From the IMG/VR virus record IMGVR_UViG_3300046557_000378: a stretch of 62,170 nucleotides of DNA. One strand, given 5' to 3'. The DNA comes from a virus. This document shows positions 49,518 through 58,600 of the stretch, one piece after another (the first letter of the stretch is position 1; each line of letters starts with the position of its first letter). Position numbers and translations under genes: made by a program. The notes under the pieces are model-generated. The model did no database searches, had not been told where the DNA came from, and saw only the letters and a list, made by a program, of their open reading frames with translations.

Positions 49518-50168
49518 TCATATGTCCTGAAGGCCGTCTGGTAGTTGTCGGTGCCCGTTAGGGGCTAGCGGGAGGTTTCGTAGGCTGATACCGAGCGGCT
49601 GAAGGGCAATCTTGTATGTTTCGTTCAAATACACGCGCGCCTTATCCGCATCGTTGATCATTTCGGTAAGGGTCTCGAAATCAGACTGTTGCACCGGGGC
49701 CGGGAGCTGGCTGTTCCAAGGTGGAATTGGAAGGTTGCCGCGCTGGATCTCCTGAACTAGGCGCTGGGTCTCCTGAACTCGATGTATGTAGGTCCCCAGC
49801 TTTCTGCCTGCCACTATGGCAAGGCTGTTAAACGTGAGCGTCCCCGAACCAACGTGTATGAAGGCGCGAGTTGCGTTGGCTTGAGCTTCGCGTGACTTCT
49901 GTGTCAGCTCCTCTAAGCGATTCCCGAATTCTTGCTCGTCCACATGTTTGCCGTTGGAGATGGCGTGCAGGGTGTCCTGGAGGAAGAAGATCACGTTTTG
50001 CCCTTTGATGCGTATCTGGATGCCGAGCTCAAGGGCTTGTTCAATCTTCCTCTCGCGGACTTCCGTTTGGCGATCATTGCTGGTCCTCTTCGCTGCGGCG
50101 AGCGAAGACCAGCCGGTAAGTCCCGCTCCGATGATCGCCCCGACTAATCCTGATATGGCCTCCCACAT
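49518..50168 (-). CDS. hypothetical N-terminally membrane-anchored helical protein (opposite-strand, low-GC moron)
   Basis: 216 aa from ATG 50168; TM ISGLVGAIIGAGLTGW; AT-richer codons than all neighbours. Confidence 0.6.
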   Translation of the reverse strand: MWEAISGLVGAIIGAGLTGWSSLAAAKRTSNDRQTEVRERKIEQALELGIQIRIKGQNVIFFLQDTLHAISNGKHVDEQEFGNRLEELTQKSREAQANATRAFIHVGSGTLTFNSLAIVAGRKLGTYIHRVQETQRLVQEIQRGNLPIPPWNSQLPAPVQQSDFETLTEMINDADKARVYLNETYKIALQPLGISLRNLPLAPNGHRQLPDGLQDI

Positions 50169-50275
50169 GAACACAGGGTCCCAGCGGGGATCCGCTGGGA
50201 CCAGAGAAAGAGGCCATTCATCTTCCGACCTGACGCCCGACATGGGCTGACGACTCCCGACAGGGGATAACACGC

Positions 50276-50965
50276 ATGCAGCTTCCGCACTCCTTCGCGC
50301 TCTCGCGCGCCCCGTACACGATCCTCGGCTACCGCAAGGACGGCCGTCCGATCCGCTTCATCGGAGGTGGCGACGGCACAGGCGACGGCACGGGTACCGG
50401 CTCCACGGGCGCTGGCGACGGTACGGCCCTCAACGAGCACGGCTATCCAGACGGTAAGCCCGTCGCGGAGATGACGTCGGAACAACAGGTCGCCTACTGG
50501 AAGCACCACGCGCGCAAGCACGAGCAGCGCGCCAACTCGGGTCCCGACGCCACGGAGCTGGAGCGCCTGAAGGTCCGTGACGCGGCGCTGAAGAAGATCG
50601 AGGACGAGAAGCTCACCGCGGACGAGCGAGCGGCGCAGGAGCGTCGGGCACTGGCGGCAGCACGGGACACCGCCACCTCAACCGCAACGACGCTGACCGA
50701 CGAGAACACCCGCCTCAAGGTCGCCCTGGCGAAGGGCCTGACTCTGGCGCAGGCGAACCGGCTGAGCGGCTCCACGCAGGCGGAGTTGGAGGCCGACGCG
50801 GATGCCTATCTCGCGGAGGTCGGCCAGACCGGCACCCAGACCGGAGGTAACTCCGGCGGAGGTGCTCAGCGCTCCGGCGGCAACCGCGGAGGCGACGTCG
50901 ACGGCGGAGCCAAGACCGTGGCGGCCGGCGCGGACCTCTACAAGCAGCGCCACGCGAAGCAGTAA
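50276..50965 (+). CDS. scaffolding protein
   Basis: 229 aa; Gly/Asp/Thr-rich then long Ala/Glu/Arg coiled coil; between MuF and capsid genes. Confidence 0.7.
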   Translation: MQLPHSFALSRAPYTILGYRKDGRPIRFIGGGDGTGDGTGTGSTGAGDGTALNEHGYPDGKPVAEMTSEQQVAYWKHHARKHEQRANSGPDATELERLKVRDAALKKIEDEKLTADERAAQERRALAAARDTATSTATTLTDENTRLKVALAKGLTLAQANRLSGSTQAELEADADAYLAEVGQTGTQTGGNSGGGAQRSGGNRGGDVDGGAKTVAAGADLYKQRHAKQ

Positions 50966-50986
50966 CGACCCCTCAACGGAGGATCA

Positions 50987-51385
50987 ATGAACCTCGGACT
51001 CATCACCGAGTCTTTCTCGCAGGACAAGCGTGACTGGATCGGCCACGAGCACGGCACGGACCTCGCCGTCAGCGTGACCCTCGACGTCACCAAGTTCACG
51101 GCGGGCACCCACTACCCGGACGGCTACATCAAGAGCGGCCTCCCGCTCGGCAAGATCACCACGGGCGGCAAGTACGGCCTGTACGACGACACCGCGACCG
51201 ACGGCCGACAGACCTGCGTGGGCTTCCTCTTCACGGGCGTGGAGGTCGTCACGCGGCGTGGCGCGACCCTCCCCACTGCCGTCGCTTCGATGCTCCTCCA
51301 CTGCGTGATCAAGGAGAGCAAGCTCCCCGTCGCCGTGGACGCCGCCGGCAAGGTCGATCTCGCCAGCCGCGTCATCTTCATCTGA
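50987..51385 (+). CDS. head decoration protein (lambda gpD-like position)
   Basis: 132 aa immediately upstream of major capsid. Confidence 0.55.
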   Translation: MNLGLITESFSQDKRDWIGHEHGTDLAVSVTLDVTKFTAGTHYPDGYIKSGLPLGKITTGGKYGLYDDTATDGRQTCVGFLFTGVEVVTRRGATLPTAVASMLLHCVIKESKLPVAVDAAGKVDLASRVIFI

Positions 51386-51401
51386 GAGGTAACCACCAGC
51401 T

Positions 51402-52418
51402 ATGCAGCTCATTGACGAGTTCGCGACTCCCGCGGAACTCACGGGCTACGCGCGAGCGGCCCTTGCCGACCGCCCGGAGAACGCGGAGACCCTCGACCGC
51501 TGGCTCCCGAACCGCACGATCAACGATCTCTCCTACCGCTTCACGCGAGGCGGAGGCGGCCTGACGGAAGCGGCCGTGTTCCGCGCCTACGACGCGTCGT
51601 CTGACGTCGCCGTGCGCCCCGGTGGCGCGCGAGTGAGTGGCGAACTGCCGCCCATCTCCCGCAAGATCCCCGTGGGGGAGTACGAACGGATCAAGCGGAG
51701 GAACGTCGACACCCAGAACGCGGAGATCCGCGATGCCATGCTCGACGACGGCGTCCGACTGGCCCGTCAGATCGAAGCCAGGCTCGAACTCGCGCGTGGC
51801 GAGGCTCTGTTCTCCGGTGCGGTGAACCTGAACGAGAACGGCGTGCAGGCCAGCGTCGACTTCGGCCGCAACGCCGCGCACTCCGTGACCGCTTCGACCC
51901 CGTGGAACACCTTCGCTACGGCGGACGCCTACGGCGACCTGTCGGCCTGGCTCGACGTCTACAACGCGACGAACGGCCGTCTCCCGGCTTACACCCTGAT
52001 GTCTCGCCTGGCCTACAACTGGCTGCGCCGGAACACGGGTCTGACGAAGCTCGCGAACTCGCTGAACCCTCCGACGGTTCTGACCCGGGACGCGCTGAAC
52101 ACCGTCCTCGGTGACTACGACATCCCGCCCGTCCTCATCTACGACGCGCAGGTTTCCGTGAGCGGCACCGCCACGCGAGTCACTCCCGTGGACAAGATCT
52201 TGTTCCTCCCGGAGTTCGGCGACGCCGTAGGCCAGACCCTGTGGGGCGTCCCGGTGGAGGCCGACGACCCGCGGTATGGGCTGGGCGGTGACGCTGCCGG
52301 CGTCGCGGTCGGTGGCTACAAGAGCGAGGACCCGCAGACCGTGTGGACCCGCGCCGTGGCCATCGCGCTTCCCGTCGTGGCTGCGCCCGACCTCACTTTC
52401 CAGGCCGACGTACTCTGA
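51402..52418 (+). CDS. major capsid protein (lambda gpE-type)
   Basis: 338 aa; MQLIDEFATPAELTGY N-terminus typical of the E-family; position. Confidence 0.8.
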   Translation: MQLIDEFATPAELTGYARAALADRPENAETLDRWLPNRTINDLSYRFTRGGGGLTEAAVFRAYDASSDVAVRPGGARVSGELPPISRKIPVGEYERIKRRNVDTQNAEIRDAMLDDGVRLARQIEARLELARGEALFSGAVNLNENGVQASVDFGRNAAHSVTASTPWNTFATADAYGDLSAWLDVYNATNGRLPAYTLMSRLAYNWLRRNTGLTKLANSLNPPTVLTRDALNTVLGDYDIPPVLIYDAQVSVSGTATRVTPVDKILFLPEFGDAVGQTLWGVPVEADDPRYGLGGDAAGVAVGGYKSEDPQTVWTRAVAIALPVVAAPDLTFQADVL

Positions 52419-52441
52419 CTCGAAGCGCGAGGCATTCACGC

Positions 52442-52687
52442 ATGGCAACCCTGACAACGAACGTCCACGTGACGGACGCAGAGGGCACGGCCCACGTGTT
52501 CGGCCCCGCGGACGATGTCCCGGAGTGGGCGCAGGCGCTCATCACGAACCCGAAGGCGTGGGCGGAGGCCGCACCGACCTCCGTCAGTCGACTGACGGAG
52601 CCCGCTCCGGCGCGGAAGGCTACGCCCGCCAAGCGGACCCCCGCGCGGCGAAAGGCGGCTGACGGTGGCGCTGTTCAGTCCGACTGA
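52442..52687 (+). CDS. hypothetical protein with basic C-terminus
   Basis: 81 aa; contains the 22-bp perfect palindrome. Confidence 0.5.
   Translation: MATLTTNVHVTDAEGTAHVFGPADDVPEWAQALITNPKAWAEAAPTSVSRLTEPAPARKATPAKRTPARRKAADGGAVQSD
52579..52600. promoter_or_regulatory. 22-bp perfect palindrome CTCCGTCAGTCGACTGACGGAG
   Basis: Read directly; core identical to 16696 and 30335 copies. Confidence 0.6.
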
Positions 52688-53045
52688 GCTTCGGACACTG
52701 CTGAAGCAACCTCTCACCGACGCTGAGTGCGCACTCGCTCACGACCTCACCGACGACGCCTTTTACGGCGAGGTCGGGGAGCGGCTGACCGACCCGCCAC
52801 AGCGCGGAGTCAAGTCGGTCGCTCTCATGGTCGCGGCACGCATCCTGACGAACCCCGGCGGACTTCGGTCCGAACAGGCGGGCGGCATGCTCCAGTCCTA
52901 CGCGGATTCGGAGACTGGCGTCGTCCTGTCCGACGATGAGCGTCGCCGGCTACGTCGCGCGGTCGGCCTGTCGACGGGAGCGTCTTCCCTGGACATCGGT
53001 CCGGAGGACGTAGCCCCGCCCATGCCGGTTTGGCGGCCGACGTGA
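52665..53045 (+). CDS. head-tail adaptor
   Basis: 126 aa; first of four small genes between capsid and major tail. Confidence 0.55.
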   Translation: MALFSPTELRTLLKQPLTDAECALAHDLTDDAFYGEVGERLTDPPQRGVKSVALMVAARILTNPGGLRSEQAGGMLQSYADSETGVVLSDDERRRLRRAVGLSTGASSLDIGPEDVAPPMPVWRPT

Positions 53046-53398
53046 GTCTCTTCGGGCAGATCTTCAACGAGACGATCACTATCGAGCGTTCCGGCACACC
53101 GACTCGGGACTCAACAGGGTCCGAGGTGCCGGGCTCTCCCGTGCGCGTGGACGTCGACTTCTGTGCCGTCATGCCGCCCTACGGTGTGACGGTCGGCAGC
53201 TCGACGGAGACACACGACGCCTCGACGACCATCGAAACCCGCCGTGTCCTCTTCGCCCCGCTCGGAACCGACGTCCGCCCCGCGGACCGCATCGTCCGGA
53301 GCAACGGCGAGATCTGGCAGGTACAGGGCCGACCCAACGTCCTGCCCGCGACATCCCTTGCCCACCTGGAAGCGAATCTGACGGAGGTGACCGGCTGA
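53042..53398 (+). CDS. head closure (stopper) protein
   Basis: GTGA coupling; 118 aa; position. Confidence 0.5.
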   Translation: MSLFGQIFNETITIERSGTPTRDSTGSEVPGSPVRVDVDFCAVMPPYGVTVGSSTETHDASTTIETRRVLFAPLGTDVRPADRIVRSNGEIWQVQGRPNVLPATSLAHLEANLTEVTG

Positions 53399-53757
53399 TG
53401 GCCTACCGCTCGCGCTACACCGGACGCTACTCCGGCATTGGTTCGATGCTCTCGCGACCCTGGCTCCAGGCCCCGTGCCTGGCTGCGGCGGAGAAGTTGA
53501 AGACGATCGCGGAGGCACGCTCTCCAGTCGGCGACCCCAGAACTGACCCGCACTCAGGCCGGTACAAGGCGTCGTTCAGCGTGGTGCCCATCACGAAGAA
53601 CGTGCCGTTTCGCGGTAAGCCACGGCGACGTTCTGGGGCGCGGCTGGTCAACTCATCCCCGGAAGCATGGATGGTCGAGTACGGAAACGGCGACACCCCC
53701 CGCTACCTGGTGCTCTGGAAGAGCGTCGAAGATCTGAAGGCGGCTCATCGTGCCTGA
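53398..53757 (+). CDS. neck/tail completion protein (HK97 gp10-like)
   Basis: 119 aa; TGATG coupling; position. Confidence 0.5.
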   Translation: MAYRSRYTGRYSGIGSMLSRPWLQAPCLAAAEKLKTIAEARSPVGDPRTDPHSGRYKASFSVVPITKNVPFRGKPRRRSGARLVNSSPEAWMVEYGNGDTPRYLVLWKSVEDLKAAHRA

Positions 53758-54115
53758 CGTCGAAGCGGTGCTAGCCCCGTGGGCGGAGTCGACGTTCGGC
53801 GTGTTCAGCGCCGCAGAGACCCCCGCGGACCTTGAGAAGCGGCTCCCCGTGATCCGTGTTGAGCGGGGCGGGGGAGACGACGATCGGTTCAGCGGGCACC
53901 CCAGGGTGTTCGTCGACGTCTTTGCCGCCACGGCCGACGAGGCTCGCACCCTAGCGAACACGGTTCGTGACGCGCTGCTCTTCCTCCGCGGTCCCGTGAA
54001 CGGCGCCGTCATCCGAAGCGTCCGATGCGACTCCGGCCCTTCTCGGCAACCGTGGGTGAGCGAAGCGGTACATCGTCGCGGAGCCACGTACACCGTGAGC
54101 CTCCGGGCTGCGTAA
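53750..54115 (+). CDS. tail terminator
   Basis: 121 aa immediately upstream of major tail gene. Confidence 0.5.
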   Translation: MPDVEAVLAPWAESTFGVFSAAETPADLEKRLPVIRVERGGGDDDRFSGHPRVFVDVFAATADEARTLANTVRDALLFLRGPVNGAVIRSVRCDSGPSRQPWVSEAVHRRGATYTVSLRAA

Positions 54116-54179
54116 ACCACTGACAACCTGACCCGACGCCGACGAGGCGGGCGGGTCTCTCGCATGCCCTGGAGGGCAC

Positions 54180-54773
54180 ATGGCGGACACCCGCAATGCC
54201 GATCTCACTTTCGGCGCAAACGACTACCTGATGTACCTGGCGCCGCTGAACACGGCGGCCCCGACCGGGTTCGCGGACCCCGCCTCCGCGTGGCTGTGCC
54301 TGGGATGGGTGACCACCGACGGCGGGCTCTTCAAGATCGACGAGGAAACCAAGGACGTCGACGCGGCCGGCAGCCTGGAGCCGATCCGGACGCTGATGAC
54401 GAAGTCGACGAAGAGCCTTCAGGTTACGTTCCTGGAGGGCCTCAACCCGCTCGTCCGCAGCCTCTACGACAACGTTCCGGTGGCGTCCATCGAGCCGGCG
54501 ACGGGCGTAGCGTCCTACGACCTGCCCGACAAGCCGAACGACCTGAGGTACGCCTACATCGCCGACACGATGGACGGCGACAAGAGGATGAGGTTTTACA
54601 TGCCCAACGGCAAGGTCGTGGAGCGCGGGGACGAGCAGCCGCAGACGACCGACGTCATGAACGTGCAGATGACGTTCAAGTTCTACAAGGGCAGCACCGG
54701 TGCGGCCGTGAAGCGCTACATCGACTTCGCCGACCTGGACGTCAGCGGGTTCTTCCCGTCGTCCGGCGGCTGA
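54180..54773 (+). CDS. major tail protein
   Basis: 197 aa; upstream of G/GT chaperone pair. Confidence 0.75.
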   Translation: MADTRNADLTFGANDYLMYLAPLNTAAPTGFADPASAWLCLGWVTTDGGLFKIDEETKDVDAAGSLEPIRTLMTKSTKSLQVTFLEGLNPLVRSLYDNVPVASIEPATGVASYDLPDKPNDLRYAYIADTMDGDKRMRFYMPNGKVVERGDEQPQTTDVMNVQMTFKFYKGSTGAAVKRYIDFADLDVSGFFPSSGG

Positions 54774-54794
54774 TCCATCAGTCCCTCATGAACC

Positions 54795-54830
54795 AGCGGG
54801 GCCCGTATCTGCGCGGGTCCGGGCCCCGCT
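54795..54830 (+). terminator. 11-bp stem-loop after major tail gene (attenuator-like, no T-run)
   Basis: AGCGGGGCCCG-14 nt-CGGGCCCCGCT. Confidence 0.5.
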
Positions 54831-54851
54831 CGCACTGCACCACCGACCCGC

Positions 54852-54865
54852 GCTAGTCGACTGAC
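54852..54865. promoter_or_regulatory. palindrome variant GCTAGTCGACTGAC
   Basis: 29 nt before ATG 54894. Confidence 0.5.
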
Positions 54866-54893
54866 GCACCCCAGACATAGGAGACCCGCGCGC

Positions 54894-55217
54894 ATGACCA
54901 CTGAGACCACCCCCGCTGAGGCGCAGGAGACGGAAGCGACCCAGGAGTACGTCACGGCGTCCCTCGCCGGAGAGTCGATCCGCGTCAAGACGGTCGAGTA
55001 CTGGCGTCCCTCGTTCCTGCGCGCGCTGCGCCAGGGCGACTACGACACGTGGGCGGAGGGTGCCATCCACCCCGACGACGTGGCGTCGTTCATCGACGCG
55101 GACGCGACCTTCAAGGAGATCAACGAGTTCACGTCGGAGGCCATGAGCGCTGCCGGGGAGGCCCCGGGAAAGTCTGGCGGACCCTCGCCACGCTCGACGC
55201 GCACCCGGAAGCGCTAG
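54894..55217 (+). CDS. tail assembly chaperone (G-like)
   Basis: 107 aa; between major tail and tape measure. Confidence 0.8.
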   Translation: MTTETTPAEAQETEATQEYVTASLAGESIRVKTVEYWRPSFLRALRQGDYDTWAEGAIHPDDVASFIDADATFKEINEFTSEAMSAAGEAPGKSGGPSPRSTRTRKR

Positions 55218-55624
55218 AGGCCGACCTCCTCCGCTACTTCAACGTCGACGTCCTTGACGTCTACCGCGGGCGGATGTCCATACGCAGGCTGCGGGTGCTC
55301 ATTGAGCACCTGCCGTCGGAGAGCGCGACCCTGACCGCCATCCGTCGGTCGATGCCCGTGAGCGAGCTGGAGCGTGCGACCGAGGAGCACCGTCCGGACC
55401 TCGCTCCCTGGAGCGGTACGGAAGTTCTCCTGGCGACCCTGACGGACGAGGTACGCCTCCTCCGCATGATCACGGTGGCTGCCAACGGCGGAACGCCGGA
55501 GCCATTCACACCTACGCCACGACCGGGGGTTCCCCCGAAGTCCGCGCAACAGAAGCGGGGGCTCACCGAAGAGCAGCGCCGCGCGCTTGACCCGCGGCTG
55601 AGAAATCAGACGCAGGAGGCGTAG
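54894..55624 (+). CDS. tail assembly chaperone, -1 frameshift fusion (GT-like)
   Basis: -1 frame open from the slip site to 55624; downstream frame equals track ORF 55049-55624. Confidence 0.75.
55166..55172 (+). promoter_or_regulatory. -1 programmed frameshift slippery heptamer G_GGA_AAG
   Basis: In zero frame CCG GGA AAG; identical to the lambda G/GT slip sequence. Confidence 0.75.
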
Positions 55625-58600
55625 TGGCTGGCGACCTTGACATTGTCGGTGGGGCAGCGGTCGACGTTGTCCCCATCGTCCCCAATTTCCACACGAAGCT
55701 GAAGGCCATCGTCCTCCCCATCGCTGACAGGGTCGGCGAAGAGGCGGGACAGAAGATGGGCGAGGCGATATCGAAGCACATCGTCATCGCCATCCCGGAC
55801 GGAATCACCGACGGCGGAAAGATCGGTGTCCGTCTCGCCGGCAAGCAGGGCGACGACGCGGGCGGGGCGTTCGCGCGCTCCATCCGCCGGAAGCTCGAAG
55901 CGGCGTTCAAGGCCATGCCCAAGCTCGACGTCAAGCTTGGCGACACTGGCGTTGACGCTGAACTCGCGCGCATCCGGGCGAAGTTGGAGCAGCTCTCCAA
56001 CAAGCGCGTCGGCATCGACGTCAGCGCAGAGGACGCAGAGGCGGAGATAACCCGCCTAGAGGCCAAGCTTCAGGAACTTGGAGCGCAGCACCCGAACGTG
56101 GCGGTCCGCGCGGATACAGCAGCCGCTCGCGCTGCTCTCGCGGAGATCCGTGCGGAGATCGCTGCCGTCGGTGGACGGCGAACCGTGACCCTGGAGGTCG
56201 ACGGAGCTTTCGGCGCCAAGCTGCGTGCGGTCGTGGCGGAGGCTCAGGCTTCCATCCCGGACATCAACGTCGACGCAGACACGTCGCCCGCGCGCGCTGA
56301 GGTTCAGGAACTCCGGGCACGCCTGGCCGCGCTGGCTGACGTCCGTGTCGGGATCGACATTGACGCCGGCACGGCACTGGCAGAGATCCAGGCTATTCAG
56401 GAGCGGCTAGAGCTCCTCTCCATTCAGCGTCACGACATCGACGTTCGAGTTGATGCCGCTCGCGCGGCGGCTCAACTTGCGGCCCTGGATGCCGAAGTCG
56501 ACTCGGTCAAGATCCTGAACATCAAGGCACTGGCAGACACTTCGGGGGCCTCGTCGGCCCTCATGGGTCTCGGCGTGCAGATGGCCATCCTGACGGCCAT
56601 TCCGCTGGGCCCCGTGCTCGCGGCGGGAATTGGCGCCATCGCCTCCGCTGCCGTTGCCGCCGGCGCCGGAGTCGGTGTCCTGGCACTGGCTGCGGTACCC
56701 GCCATCAAGGGCGTCACAGAGGCCATCACAGCGAAGTCGGCCGCGGACAAGGAAGCTTCCTCCGCGTCGGACAACTCCGTCGCTGCGGGCAACAGAGCAG
56801 CGCAGAGTGCCCTTCAGACGGTCGGCGCCCAACAGGCCCTGACGTCAGCGCACCGCAACGCCGCGCGGTCGATCGCGCAGGCCAGCGAGCAGATAGAGAA
56901 CGCGGAACGGTCCGTCGCGCAAGCCTCGCAGCGTGCCGCGGAACAGCGTCGGCAGGCTGTCGATAGCGTCGTCCAGGCGGAGCGCTCCCTCGCGGACGCT
57001 CAGCGACAGGAACAGCAAGCACAAACGGACCTGACGCAGGCGCGGAAGGACGCTGCACAGCAACTCGCCGACCTGAACGACAAGTTGACGGACGGCAAGC
57101 TCTCCGAGCGGGACGCCACCCTCCGTGTGACGGAGGCGGAAGAGCAGCTCAATCAGACGCGGCTCGCGTTCGACGCCGGCAAGGCATCAGACACCGACCT
57201 CGCTCGCGCTCAGCTCTCCTACGACCAGGCTGTTCAGGCGCAGAAGGAGCAGTCGAAGAACTACACGCAGCTCCAAGCCGACGCAAAGGCCGCAGAGAAG
57301 GCAGGCGTCAACGGCAACGCCAACGTCAAGACGGCCGCACAGCAGCTCGCCGACGCTCAGCAGAACGTCAAGGACCAGGTAACGGCCCTCGCAAAGGCTC
57401 AGCGAGACGCAGCTCAAGCGGAAATCGACGCGGCACAGTCGGTCGCCGATGCTCAGCGGAACCTTGCTGACGCAGTCCAGAACGCGGCAAACACGCAGGT
57501 CGACGCGGCGGATTCGATCGCGTCCGCCGAGCGTGGTGTCGAGTCGGCTCGACTGTCGAGCAGCAACGCAACCGGAACCGCGACGACGAAGGCCGACGAG
57601 TACAAAAGGGCCCTAGCCAAGCTGACGCCCGCGCAACGTGACCTCTACGACTCGATCGCCGGCCCCAAGGGGCTGACGAAGGCGTTAAAGGACTGGAGCA
57701 AGGAACTTCAGCCTGACGTTCTGCTGCTCTTCACGAGGGGCGTTGACGGGGCGAAGAACTCTCTGCCCGGACTGACGCCGCTCGTCAAGACCACGGCGGA
57801 TGCGGTGGGCATCCTCTTCGACAAGGCGTCTAAGGCGCTGAGGTCGCCGTTCTGGACGGGCTTCAAGGACGACATCAACAAGAACGCAAAGCCCGCGATC
57901 GTCGGACTAGGAATTTCGTTCGGCAACATCATCACGGGCATGGCCGGAATCGTTGACGCCTTCCTTCCGCACATGGACGGCATCTCGAAGACGATGCAGC
58001 GGATCACGAAGCGATTCGCCGACTGGGGGAAGAACCTCAAGGGTTCGCCGTCATTCGAGAAGTTCCTGCAGTATGTCAAGGACAACTCTCCGGGGCTGGC
58101 AGAATTCCTAGGCGATCTGCTGTCTACGATTGTCGACGTAGCCCAGGCGCTGGCTCCGCTGAGCCAGACAGCCATGGACGTGGTTAAGCCGATGTTGGAC
58201 GGCATTTCGTGGCTCGCGAACCATGCGCCGTGGACAATCCAGCTTCTGTGGGGGCTGTACACGGTATTCAAGGCGATCACGCTTATGCAAGCGGGTTTCG
58301 CAGCGGCAATGCTGATTTATGACATCGCCGTAGCCGGCGCCACGCTAGTTACAAGCGGGTGGGCTGCAGCGATCCAGGCGACAGGCATTGTCCCTCTGAT
58401 TGAGGCAATCGTCCTGGTCATTGCGTTGCTCGTCATCGGCATCATCTGGGCGTACAAGAACGTCGGTTGGTTCCGAACCATAGTTGACACCTCCTGGCAC
58501 TTCATCCGCGACGTCACGGTCTGGCTCTGGGAAAAGGCGCTGAAGCCTGTATTCCAGGGGATGTGGACGCTGATCAAGCTGGTCGGCGACATCTCTGTCT

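Noticed and set aside
50340-50420. Short tandem-looking repeats (GGCGACGGCAC(A/G)GG in the scaffold gene; GCAGAGGCAGAGGC at 9895-9915) considered as CRISPR or tandem-repeat elements
   Set aside because: These are in-frame low-complexity codon runs (GDGTGDGTGTG, AEAEAEA) inside genes. There is no repeat-spacer periodicity anywhere in the window, and no cas genes.
55049-55624. Independent gene 55049-55624
   Set aside because: There is no RBS or start context. The frame is -1 relative to the chaperone gene, and a canonical G_GGA_AAG heptamer lies at 55166-55172. It is therefore annotated as the frameshift (GT-like) extension.
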